Positions 1 to 9,627 of a DNA stretch of 48,899 bases are shown in pieces. The notes under the pieces are model-generated. The model worked only from the letters and a program-made list of their open reading frames with translations, made no database searches and was not told the DNA's origin. Made by a program: the position numbers and the translations under genes. The DNA is from Stramenopiles sp. TOSAG23-6. Its lineage: Eukaryota. The stretch spans positions 1-48,899 of the forward strand of contig LT635925.1 of assembly GCA_900128565.1 (NCBI GenBank), in the 5' to 3' direction. Positions within the stretch are counted from its first letter, which is position 1; each line of letters begins with the position of its first letter.

Positions 1-538
1 TACTTGAATCACGTCTTTTTCTCGTTTTTTTTGTAGATATGTTTGCTGGTGGTACTATTTTTGTCATACACTTTTTTCTTTGTGTTTTTCGTTTATTACT
101 ACATAGATTTTCTTTTGTTTTTGATGGTATTTTCCTCTGAGTTGATGGTGGTGGGGTATGTGGGAACAAGTCGCTTTCGTGAGCGTTTTTGTTTTCTTTA
201 AATGTATCACTTTCACGTATTCTATTTCCAACATATAAAGCTTTGCAATTTACAATCGTTTCCTTCTTTTTTGGTTGAGTGTTGCATTTCTTCAACTCTT
301 TTGTTGTTGTAGTTAACGATGATACTTCTGGAGTGTTTGGTATTGAGTTGGAAACCTTTCGCTTCCAAATTGTCTTTGGGGTGCTTGATGAACTGAATAA
401 AGGTGTAGATGTTTTACTCTTTGGTTTCGAAAGACACGGTGATACAAAGGATTTCTCCACGTTTGCGTTCGATGATATTTTTGTAGGTGTTGAAAATTTT
501 GATAACGGTTGAACTTCACGCTGGGTAGTGGAGTCCAT
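1..538 (-). CDS. Hypothetical Ser/Thr/Lys-rich protein, 5' part (runs off left edge); apparent paralog of 1105..2529
   Basis: ATG at 538 and an open frame to position 1 (MDSTTQREVQPLSK...KIVPPANISTKKTRKRRDSS). Absent from the ORF track because it has no stop in the window. Its last 62 nt match 1119-1180 in inverted orientation. Confidence 0.6.
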   Translation of the reverse strand, partial: MDSTTQREVQPLSKFSTPTKISSNANVEKSFVSPCLSKPKSKTSTPLFSSSSTPKTIWKRKVSNSIPNTPEVSSLTTTTKELKKCNTQPKKKETIVNCKALYVGNRIRESDTFKENKNAHESDLFPHTPPPSTQRKIPSKTKENLCSNKRKTQRKKCMTKIVPPANISTKKTRKRRDSS

Positions 539-1180
539 TTTCACAGAAATTTGAAACGAGTTGGACTGTAGAGAACACCGGAATTAATCGAGTCGTTTTC
601 AAAAGAAAGAGAACTCAACAATAACAAATAAAGATAGATGAAATAGTTAATTTGTTACAACAATGATTAAATTGCACGAAAAGATAAGCAATTATTCAAC
701 CCTTCGATTCGACAACAACAACACATACAAAGAAGAGAATCTGATAGTTTCATTTTCGAATTTGAATTTGAAATGCATTTGAAATTCAAAAAATAATATT
801 ATAAATTTAGAAATTGGAAGAAAATGTCTTGATTTCGTGTATTGGTCAACGCGCGTGACAATTTTTATCGCGACATATATATGTACACTCCCTTTATTCG
901 TATTGTGGTACACAACAACTGTCGTCCGCGTGAAATTAAACGTGAATTTGTGTCACTTATATTTTTCTAATTTGTGGAGTCATACTTTTTAGAGGCATAA
1001 ACAGTGTCGTATATAAAATAAATACAGTATGAATTGGATAAAAACTCTTGCTAAAAAAGTGCAACACTCTATGGAGTTCATGCCAAAAGGAAAAAAATTC
1101 ATCAATGAAGCTGGTGGTAAAAATGGTACCACCAGCAAACATATCTACAAAAAAAACGAGAAAAAGACGTGATTCAAGTA
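1..1180. repeat. Inverted duplication: 1-62 is the reverse complement of 1119-1180 (1 mismatch)
   Basis: Direct base comparison; 1-55 is a perfect match to 1126-1180. Confidence 0.95.
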
Positions 1181-2529
1181 AAAGATATACACCAACACCA
1201 GAATCAACAAAATATTCGGGAACACCTCCGTTATCGAGGAGGTCGCAAAAAAAGATAGAATCTTCGAAATCGTGCTTTATAAAAGCACAACCATATAGTC
1301 TTCAAAATTCCCCAGTGATGCATCAATGCTGTTCAAATAGTATACAAATACACAATCAAACACGTGAAAATTGTTCATATTCTTCGTTTACTCAAAAATT
1401 ATGTTTGAATGAAAAAAACGTTCAACCAAAATGTATGCAGTATCATCCAAGTCATTGTCGGGTCTTTTGTTCTAACAAAACGAATTCTGGACATGTTTCA
1501 CATACGTCATCTCCATACAGACAAAAAAAAATTGGGTATAATAAAGTACAACACCAAAGTCCATTACCACCAAGGCATAATACCCCAAAAGATTTATATA
1601 CGCCACCTACCCGAAATTCTTCAAATATACGAATTAGAAATGTTTATGTTAGCCCTAGCAATAGTGCCACAAGTATATGTAGTCATTCGAGTACCTCTTC
1701 ATCTTCAAGAAATTCTATCTCCAAAAGGAATACATATGTTAAAAAGATATCTACTAAAAAAAAGCAAAAAAATATGAATAGAAATCCAATTATAAGTAAT
1801 ATAGAATGTATAAGTAGTACACAAGTATTACATAGTGTAACACCTATTGGAAATAATTGTCATCGATATAATACTAGTAATGTAGGAAATGTTGAACCTT
1901 GTATAGAAAAAGGTACCCCGTGTTTAGGTAAAGAGAGAGGTACGACACGACTTCGAAATTTAGCTCCATTTACATTTGGACAATTTGACAAGGAAAATTC
2001 TTTTGATAGGGAAAATACTTTTGACAATATACAATCTATGAAGCAACTCCGTGCTTCTTCCGCCATCTATGTGACAAATCCGCAAAAATTACAATACAAT
2101 CTTAGTATTAACACAACTAGTAATGTGGAGTTTTTAAAAAAAGAATTAAAATCCCAAAAAAATGAAAATAGTAAATTGTTACAAAAAATAGCAAAGTTAG
2201 AACTTCAACTTGTTGATGAAGCTGAGAGAATCCATCAAGGTATAACTTCAAGAGAAAAATATGATAATTGTTGTAAGAGATCCTCGACCTTTTCTAACAT
2301 TTTATACAAAAGTCCAAAAAATATTTGGGGAGGTGACAGTGGAACTTATAATACAAACAAAATTGCTGCTAGTAATACTCAAAATATTTGGGGAGGTGAC
2401 TGTGGAACTTCCAATACAAACAAAATTGATGATCGTAATACTCAGTCTGATGTAAAACGGGATGATAGCTCTCAAATAAACTCACCTGCTTTACTAGGTA
2501 AACATCTTGCAAGTATTCTGAATAAATAA
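1105..2529 (+). CDS. Hypothetical low-complexity protein with a C-terminal coiled coil
   Basis: 493-aa ORF, first ATG at 1105; Ser-rich; heptad segment EFLKKELKSQKNENSKLLQKIAKLELQL. Confidence 0.65.
   Translation: MKLVVKMVPPANISTKKTRKRRDSSKRYTPTPESTKYSGTPPLSRRSQKKIESSKSCFIKAQPYSLQNSPVMHQCCSNSIQIHNQTRENCSYSSFTQKLCLNEKNVQPKCMQYHPSHCRVFCSNKTNSGHVSHTSSPYRQKKIGYNKVQHQSPLPPRHNTPKDLYTPPTRNSSNIRIRNVYVSPSNSATSICSHSSTSSSSRNSISKRNTYVKKISTKKKQKNMNRNPIISNIECISSTQVLHSVTPIGNNCHRYNTSNVGNVEPCIEKGTPCLGKERGTTRLRNLAPFTFGQFDKENSFDRENTFDNIQSMKQLRASSAIYVTNPQKLQYNLSINTTSNVEFLKKELKSQKNENSKLLQKIAKLELQLVDEAERIHQGITSREKYDNCCKRSSTFSNILYKSPKNIWGGDSGTYNTNKIAASNTQNIWGGDCGTSNTNKIDDRNTQSDVKRDDSSQINSPALLGKHLASILNK
2318..2444 (+). 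repeat. Two tandem copies of a 63-nt unit (NIWGGDxGTxNTNKIxxxNTQ)
   Basis: Visible direct repeat, period 63. Confidence 0.9.
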
Positions 2530-2822
2530 AGATAAATAAACATTCAAAAAACTGTGACAAAAAGCACGAAATCCATTAATTTTTGTTGACACACGCCACG
2601 CTGACTAGTGTCTCTTATTACTATTGATATCAGGTACTGTGCAGTTAGTGTACCTGTATTGCTAATAGACGGTAGTGCGAGTTTTATCCGAAACTGGTTT
2701 AATTATTCATATCATTACAATTTTATTAATTGTTCTAAGTATTTATCAAAGTTACTTGATACTGGTTGCTGTATTAGCGCGATTTTACCAAAAAATATTA
2801 CTTTCGACAACTTTCTCAGATA

Positions 2823-3674
2823 ATGACGAACACGTCAACGTCTAATAAATCTGAAGCAACTGAACACCCAACAGTTGTCATCTCTGGGTTAAAACTTTGG
2901 CATCATGGTGCGAAGTCTAGTACATTTATTCAACGTGCTCATGAATATTTTGTCATGTTATCATTGGGACTCTACAGTAAAGTGGTTATGAATGTTTTAA
3001 ATGACACACAAATCACAGAAGGTCAAAAATTGGGTGACTTAATTCATAAGAAAAGACCACAAATTGGTGGACATTCCAGAGGTTTAGTCACTGTCTCCAA
3101 TCATGTGACAGCTGTAGATGATCCTGGCGTTGTTGCTGCTGTGACCCCATGGAGTGCAATTGTAAATGTTGATATAATGCGATGGACACTTTGCGCTGAA
3201 AATCGTTGTTTCAATAAATCAATACTTAGTTCGTTTTTTCGTGGTGGTAAAGTATTGCCGGTAATACGGGGAGGTGGTGTTCTACAACCTGCAATGCAAA
3301 ATATTGTTGATAAATTATCAGCTGGCGAATGGATTCATTTTTTCCCTACTGGAAAACGATATGGTGAAGGAAAATTAGGTCAAGTTAGAAACGGTGTTGG
3401 TAGAGCCATAAAAGATGCTTCAGTCACACCCTTAGTTGTTCCTTTTTATCATCGTGGTATGACCCAAGTTCTGAATAAAGCGAATGGTGAAAAAATCCCT
3501 ATAACACTTGGTAAGAAAATGTATATTTCGGTCGGAAGGGTTTTAGATTTTCATGATTATATTATGACGGCAAGAGCTGAAGGACTACCAGAAGAGGATA
3601 TACAAAGTTATATCACAAATACTATAAAAAAGGAACTCATTCACTTGCAAGAAAAGGTGAACTCTAATTATTAA
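2823..3674 (+). CDS. TAZ: Tafazzin-like phospholipid-lysophospholipid transacylase
   Basis: TVSNHxxxxDDP (HX4D) motif, MRWTLCA, KVLPVIRGGGVLQPAM, WIHFFPxG, PLVVPFYHxGM. Confidence 0.88.
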   Translation: MTNTSTSNKSEATEHPTVVISGLKLWHHGAKSSTFIQRAHEYFVMLSLGLYSKVVMNVLNDTQITEGQKLGDLIHKKRPQIGGHSRGLVTVSNHVTAVDDPGVVAAVTPWSAIVNVDIMRWTLCAENRCFNKSILSSFFRGGKVLPVIRGGGVLQPAMQNIVDKLSAGEWIHFFPTGKRYGEGKLGQVRNGVGRAIKDASVTPLVVPFYHRGMTQVLNKANGEKIPITLGKKMYISVGRVLDFHDYIMTARAEGLPEEDIQSYITNTIKKELIHLQEKVNSNY

Positions 3675-3945
3675 GAAGATAGTATATGTATTAGAATATA
3701 AAACAATATGAAGATAAAGCCAAAGAAGTATAAGTTACAAATTTTTGACCCTCCTTGAAAGTGAAAAGTGAAAAAAATAATTTCATAATGAGAAAATAAA
3801 TATTTCGGAACATAATTTATTTTAACGTCTTTTTTTGTTTCATAAAGAATTTTCCATCGGGAAGATAAGAATAATCCTTACATCATTAAGGTAGATATAT
3901 ACTTATAATTTTGTTTAAGCAGATACTGAATGGAGGAATATCTTC

Positions 3946-4887
3946 TTAGATCGGTAGAACTAAAGGAACCCACGAGAAGGGTGAAATAGTAAATTCAACC
4001 GTACTTAGATAAAGGAGGGTATTTCGTAACTTCAGCACAGTCCATTCGAAAAAAGTCATTTCAGGAAAGTAAACATGATACGCTTTAAGTAACGAGGCTG
4101 AAAGCATGTGTGGCATATCCCAAGTGTAAGTAGGCTCTCCGCGGAGTCCATCCTCCATATGAGAAGAGTCTAAATACAACTCATAGGTCTTCAGAACAAC
4201 GATAGTAAATATGAGAGCATAGAAGAAACTTTCGAGAAATGAGATAAGCATCCCAAGTTTATCAACATATTTGTCTTGGATTTTGCAAATGGTGGATTCA
4301 ATTTCCTTAACTTCATTTATGGTCTCTTCAATGTTTTTTTCTGTTTCGGTCACCCCTTCTTCGCTGCGAAATACTATATTTTCAGCTTCTCTTCGTAATT
4401 CATCTGCGTGGTCTGTTGATTCCTGATATATCTTATACTTCACCTCCAAATCCGACTTCAAGCCACTCATTCTCTTAAAAGTATCTCCGCGTAACGCTTC
4501 AATCGTTTCACAGTCACTTTCGAAAGCGGCTAAATATTCCTCATTTTTCAGTCGGTTGTCCGCGATTCCGTCTTTGGTCTCACTTTTTACTTGAGTAAAC
4601 TCTCCTTTTTGGCGGGTCAGTGCTCGGAAAACTTTGGCAATTTCTTTGAAATGGTAAGTCGTTCCTAGATCTTTTGTATGGTGTGTCTTTCTATGCACAA
4701 AATCACTATCTAGTGGCCTCCTAATTCTTTCCACGGATTGTACAGCGTCCTTATTACGCGTTGAACCTTCAGGAAAGTTATAGTGAGTAGTTTCCCATCC
4801 GTCGTCTTTTTTTGTTCCTCCTTTCTCTTCACGTCCTGGAGGATGCCATCGATATTTGTCAATGTTTTCACCATCAGTAGATATCAT
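3946..4887 (-). CDS. Hypothetical coiled-coil membrane protein
   Basis: 325-aa ORF, first ATG at 4887; central coiled coil; hydrophobic segment LGMLISFLESFFYALIFTIVVL. Confidence 0.6.
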   Translation of the reverse strand: MISTDGENIDKYRWHPPGREEKGGTKKDDGWETTHYNFPEGSTRNKDAVQSVERIRRPLDSDFVHRKTHHTKDLGTTYHFKEIAKVFRALTRQKGEFTQVKSETKDGIADNRLKNEEYLAAFESDCETIEALRGDTFKRMSGLKSDLEVKYKIYQESTDHADELRREAENIVFRSEEGVTETEKNIEETINEVKEIESTICKIQDKYVDKLGMLISFLESFFYALIFTIVVLKTYELYLDSSHMEDGLRGEPTYTWDMPHMLSASLLKAYHVYFPEMTFFEWTVLKLRNTLLYLSTVEFTISPFSWVPLVLPI

Positions 4888-5227
4888 GGAAGAGCGTTTC
4901 GGTAGTGTAAACAAATTATCCACTGGAATGGAAGATGTATAGATTTTTTATGTAATAACGTTACTGTGTATGGTATATGGTATCTTACGTCTGCGTACTG
5001 CGTCTGTAACGGAACTGGAGCGGTAGCAAATCTTTGTTATAAAATAGCATAGGCGACGAAACGGTATATGGTCCTAACCGTAAGTCGCATTAGCTAGATA
5101 AACTACTGTAAAGTACGAAACAATTTGGGTGATATATTGCTTCCTCTACAGTGTACTCTTGGTACCCTAAAAAGAAAGCTATCATTCACTTAGTAAACTC
5201 CAGCTCAGAATACAGCACAGAAATAAT

Positions 5228-6556
5228 ATGGTTGATACTGTCGATACTGATGGATATTCAGAACAAGGCGTCGAAGGAAATGGTAATGGATATTTAGAAC
5301 AAGGCGTTGATACTAAAGGCGAAAATTCAACAGATGAAGGTGATGGTGACAATTCCGTTGAAAACGATGGAGAAAGTAAGAGTAAGAAAGAAGTGACCCC
5401 GAAGTGTTCGTTAGTGGACGGATTCCCGATGATAGCGTGCCTCCTTCAAACAAAATTTAAATTGAAGCATTTTGGCAAAACAAAACTGAAGCATTTTGAC
5501 GAAAAAGAAGACAGTGAAGAGTGTGAGAAAGAAGACAGTGAAGAGTACAAAAAAGAAAACAGTGAAGACTGTGTTTATGTTACAAATGATACTCATTGTT
5601 ACCTTAGAATCAAAGATCAAGTTTTCTGTGATGTATGCGGTTGTAATTTAACAGATAACAGTTGGTTTCATAAAAAAAACTGTGACTATGACTTGTGTAT
5701 ATCACACTGGGGTAAACTACCTCGCAAAAGCAAAGATAAATTTATCTTCATCAAGAGGCTTGATGTTGCAGAAAATGAACTCCACGAGATGATTGCAATG
5801 CGTATGGGAAATTCGGAGGATAGAAATTTGATAGAAACCAGTAAAAATATTCCAACCTTTTTTGCTACAAAGTTACATGAGGATCAACTTTTCTGTCGTA
5901 TATGCGGTTGTAATTTAATAGATAACAGTTGGTATCATAAAAAAAACTGTGACTATAACTTGTGTATATCACACTGGGATAAGCTACCTCGCGAAAGCAA
6001 AGATAAATTTATCTTCATCAAGAGTGTTGATGTTGCAGATAATTTTCTCCAAGAGGTGTTTGCATTGCACAGGGGAAATTCGGAGGATAGAAATTTGATA
6101 GAAAACAGTAAAAATATTGAGAATAGTGAGCATAAAATACATGAGTTAATTCCAACCTTGTTTGCTGTAGAGTTACATGAGTTGATTCCAAGCTTGTTTA
6201 CTGTAGAGTTAGTGATTCTGTTGCTGATATCACATTCACTCTATAATAGTCAAACAAGTGTATTTTTGGAAAAAAAAATAAACAGTATCATGGAGGCCAT
6301 TGCGAAGAGCGTGGAATATTATACCATATATATAACTGCTCGGATTCCATTTAGTGCAACAGCCAACTCGGGTGAAGATATAGTATCATGTTTGACACAT
6401 CACATTCCGACTTCATTTAGTGAAACAGTCAACTTGAGTGAATGTATGATATCATGCTTGACAAATTATATTTCGACATGCTCTGAAGAAACTCCTTATA
6501 TCATGACTATTCTTTTTGGGTTGACGATGTTCACAAAAAGTATCTTTTTAGTTTAA
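5228..6556 (+). CDS. Protein with two degenerate ZZ-like zinc-finger repeats and hydrophobic C-terminal segments
   Basis: Two copies of FCxxCGCNLxDNSWxHKKNCDYxLCISHW; acidic N-terminus. Confidence 0.65.
   Translation: MVDTVDTDGYSEQGVEGNGNGYLEQGVDTKGENSTDEGDGDNSVENDGESKSKKEVTPKCSLVDGFPMIACLLQTKFKLKHFGKTKLKHFDEKEDSEECEKEDSEEYKKENSEDCVYVTNDTHCYLRIKDQVFCDVCGCNLTDNSWFHKKNCDYDLCISHWGKLPRKSKDKFIFIKRLDVAENELHEMIAMRMGNSEDRNLIETSKNIPTFFATKLHEDQLFCRICGCNLIDNSWYHKKNCDYNLCISHWDKLPRESKDKFIFIKSVDVADNFLQEVFALHRGNSEDRNLIENSKNIENSEHKIHELIPTLFAVELHELIPSLFTVELVILLLISHSLYNSQTSVFLEKKINSIMEAIAKSVEYYTIYITARIPFSATANSGEDIVSCLTHHIPTSFSETVNLSECMISCLTNYISTCSEETPYIMTILFGLTMFTKSIFLV
5615..6118 (+). repeat. Internal tandem duplication, period 267 nt (89 aa)
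   Basis: 5615-5851 and 5882-6118 align closely at DNA level. Confidence 0.9.
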
Positions 6557-6637
6557 ACATGGGTTGAAAAATGTTTCCAATTTATTTCTAGAAAGGAATA
6601 TCAAGACCTTTGAAATTTATTTATAATTTTTTTGGTA

Positions 6638-8623
6638 TTAACTACTAATAAAGGGATTGCATTGACACATGATTGCACGGAGTAAGAATGAAAATAAAGA
6701 ACCTAGTGCTAATCCAAATGTTAGACCTGATATCATGATTGTTCCTGCGGTAGCAGAATCTTTACTATCAACCAACGCTGGTCCTTGCATCATTGCAATA
6801 CTTCCTATAAATCCATTTGAGATTGCAAATAGAGACATCAGAAGAGTGGGATAAACATCATTATGAAATAAAGTATATTTTTTTACATCTGTTAAACTTG
6901 TAAACATCTTCATTTGCACAAAACGCTCTGTTTTTTCATGAGTGAAGTTGCAGAGTAAAAATAATGGAAAGAATATTAATCGACTTATTGATAATGCTGT
7001 GATGACTTTCCTATTCGATAAAAGATGATGCTTTGAGTCATTGAAGTACGCCGAAGCCGCTCGTCCTAAAAAATCAAATAAATTAAAATTGACAAATTGG
7101 AGTGGCTTCCACAAACTGTGGTACAAATTATTACTCGTTTTTTTGATGCTTACAATATTCGATGTTAAACCTGGGAAGATCGAGAGAGTTACAAAAAATA
7201 CAAACCCTGATGCAAACACCGAATGTCTCATTATATATAATAAGTGATATTGTGAAGTTTCGGCCCAAGCATCATCGTGAGAATTAGAGGCAAGGTTTGG
7301 TATACCATTGTCGTCATGTATATCTTGTATCAGGTAAAAACTATTTTCCTCAAAGTTATCATGGTTGTCGATATCTTGTGCAATATAACTATCATCTATT
7401 GGATGTAATATTGGCGATGTTATATCATATTCTTCATTATTTCTATAACTATGAAATTTTTGAATTTCATGTTGATAGTTCTGTCTTGAATGTGTTCTTG
7501 GCGTAAAAGAATGCCGCCTCTGTCTTATTGAAACAGATGTTTCCGGCCTTGTTCGTAGTGGCGACAAGATAAAATGAGACAATCGCTGGAATAAAGATTC
7601 TTTCACGTTTGGATAATAATCAGGTGTGCTGTTACTTCTCCCTCGAACAATATCTCCTTCAATACGTTTTCTTGGATTTTTTAATTTGTGAAAATTCTCA
7701 AAATTGTTAAAAGTAGTAAAAGTACATTCGCTACTACACTCTCTATCAATACAATGATCAGTACCACTAAAATTATCAATATGTCTAGAATTATCATTAT
7801 CTTTCAATATGAATACATGATGGCGCGCAAACTTATTATTTTCAAGTTTTAAATACGTTAATAAACAACTTAATAAAACAATTGTAGTTATTAAAAAGTA
7901 AATAAATGTTGAAAGCCTCTGAGCTAAACCTATGTGTATATTTTCTATTCCAAAATTACTGCTTAGTACAAAAAAAAATCCACTTTTCTTTGATTTATTT
8001 TCAATTGTACTTTGAAATATCGTTGTCAGTAGTGAAATTAATGAAATCAGCAAACCTGCCCATCCTTGTCCTGCCATAACAGCTTGTGTGTAATTTTGGG
8101 GGAAATATGCTGCGAGACCAAAAATGCCACTGCTCAAAAGCGCACCAAAAAAAGCACAAAAAGTGACGGATAATATCGAGAGCCAAAAGTATAATAGACC
8201 ATTCAATTCCGACAATAATACCAATATTGTAGTGCAAGCAAATATTATAAAGAAAACAAGTAGGGGCCAAATAATCTTCGTTCTTTGTCGTAAACGATGA
8301 CGTAAACCAAGAGCAAGGAGAAGCCCAAAAACATTGACGACTTGATAAGAGATACTAAAATAATTTTCGAAATTATTCTCAAAAATTGTTCCATGAAAAC
8401 GCGCTTTGAAATATGAAGATGCAGTAATAAAAGCATTCCAGGGAAACAACATTCCACACCCTTGTAAAAACAAAATCCAATATACTGAAAAACAACCTTT
8501 ATCTGCTGGGGTCTCTGTTTCATCAAAAATTGGTTGCTGTATTGCCCATTTTTTTGGCTTTTTGTACTGTGAGTAACTTTTGCTTTCATGTTCCATACTT
8601 GCAACTAAAACTTCATCATGCAT
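6638..8623 (-). CDS. Equilibrative nucleoside transporter (SLC29/ENT family)
   Basis: GCGMLFPWNAFITA, YTQAVMAGQGWAG, FFVTLSIFPG, FNLFDFLGR, FAISNGF; about 11 TM segments with a long central loop. Confidence 0.92.
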   Translation of the reverse strand: MHDEVLVASMEHESKSYSQYKKPKKWAIQQPIFDETETPADKGCFSVYWILFLQGCGMLFPWNAFITASSYFKARFHGTIFENNFENYFSISYQVVNVFGLLLALGLRHRLRQRTKIIWPLLVFFIIFACTTILVLLSELNGLLYFWLSILSVTFCAFFGALLSSGIFGLAAYFPQNYTQAVMAGQGWAGLLISLISLLTTIFQSTIENKSKKSGFFFVLSSNFGIENIHIGLAQRLSTFIYFLITTIVLLSCLLTYLKLENNKFARHHVFILKDNDNSRHIDNFSGTDHCIDRECSSECTFTTFNNFENFHKLKNPRKRIEGDIVRGRSNSTPDYYPNVKESLFQRLSHFILSPLRTRPETSVSIRQRRHSFTPRTHSRQNYQHEIQKFHSYRNNEEYDITSPILHPIDDSYIAQDIDNHDNFEENSFYLIQDIHDDNGIPNLASNSHDDAWAETSQYHLLYIMRHSVFASGFVFFVTLSIFPGLTSNIVSIKKTSNNLYHSLWKPLQFVNFNLFDFLGRAASAYFNDSKHHLLSNRKVITALSISRLIFFPLFLLCNFTHEKTERFVQMKMFTSLTDVKKYTLFHNDVYPTLLMSLFAISNGFIGSIAMMQGPALVDSKDSATAGTIMISGLTFGLALGSLFSFLLRAIMCQCNPFISS

Positions 8624-8952
8624 TCTAATTCACGAGTATTGCCTGTTGTATTGTAATTTATTTACTAGCTACTAGTAATATAGTATAGTAGTTATACGTA
8701 AAACCCAAACGTAGGAGCGCGCGCAAACAAAAGAAGATTTTGAGCAGCGCCGTATATAAAAACGGCAAACAAATGGAAGCGAGTCAGTTCGAGTTGAGTT
8801 CGATCTGATCTGAAGATCGATCAGCAGGCGATTTCAACTTTGACTACAACCTACAATTAAAAGTTAACGTGGACATTGAGCAGTTTCACACATTTACAAC
8901 GTCATTTGTTTTAACGTTTGTATGTTCAGTAACAATAGCTGATTGAAGTCTC

Positions 8953-9489
8953 ATGGATTGTCCGTATAATGTTCTTGGAGTATCTCCGAATGCAACATTT
9001 TTGGAGATAAAAAAAAGCTATCGAAAAGAAATTCTATTGCTTCATCCAGACAGGCATTTCGCCGTAGAGGCAAGTAGAAACAATGTCGATATTTCGAATG
9101 AAAATGAAGCCAAACGGTGTAAATTAGTAATTAATAGATCTAGTGACACAGTTGATGTAATAGCTAATAAATCGAATAGAGCTGATCAGTTTACAAAGGT
9201 ACAAAAGGCGTGGGAAATCCTTCGGAACTCCAATACACGTTTACAGTACGACCAAACAGTCCAGCACAAAATAGACCAAACGGAGCGAATTTCATTAACT
9301 AGTGCACGTGATGAACGTAGTCTTGATGATTTTAAGTATAATGAAGAAAATGATTCCTTCACTTTATCATGTCGCTGTGGTGGAACGCTTTTCATTCTGG
9401 CTTCTGAACTTGAGGATGGTTATGACATAGTTGAATGTTCAGATTGTTCAGTTATTGTTCGAATACTTTATGATATTATTGATGAATAG
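8953..9489 (+). CDS. DPH4: Diphthamide biosynthesis protein 4 (J-domain plus CSL zinc finger)
   Basis: J-domain with HPD; C-terminal CRCGG...VECSDCS. Confidence 0.88.
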   Translation: MDCPYNVLGVSPNATFLEIKKSYRKEILLLHPDRHFAVEASRNNVDISNENEAKRCKLVINRSSDTVDVIANKSNRADQFTKVQKAWEILRNSNTRLQYDQTVQHKIDQTERISLTSARDERSLDDFKYNEENDSFTLSCRCGGTLFILASELEDGYDIVECSDCSVIVRILYDIIDE

Positions 9490-9627
9490 ATCTTTATTAT
9501 GTTATTGATCGAGTACTGTATGGTGTAATTAATGAATAGATCTTTATCATGTCATACATATATTATATATAGATAATTTATATACAACCATAAATAAATG
9601 ATACGAAATATAAATAAGATAGGATAG

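Noticed and set aside
4923-4988. Possible canonical intron (GTAAGA...CCAG, minus strand) upstream of the 4887 gene
   Set aside because: The upstream frame has no ATG before a stop. It could be a 5' UTR intron but cannot be supported.
9482-9552. Short direct repeat ATGAATAGATCTTTAT around the DPH4 stop
   Set aside because: A small local duplication in a 3' UTR with no evidence of function.
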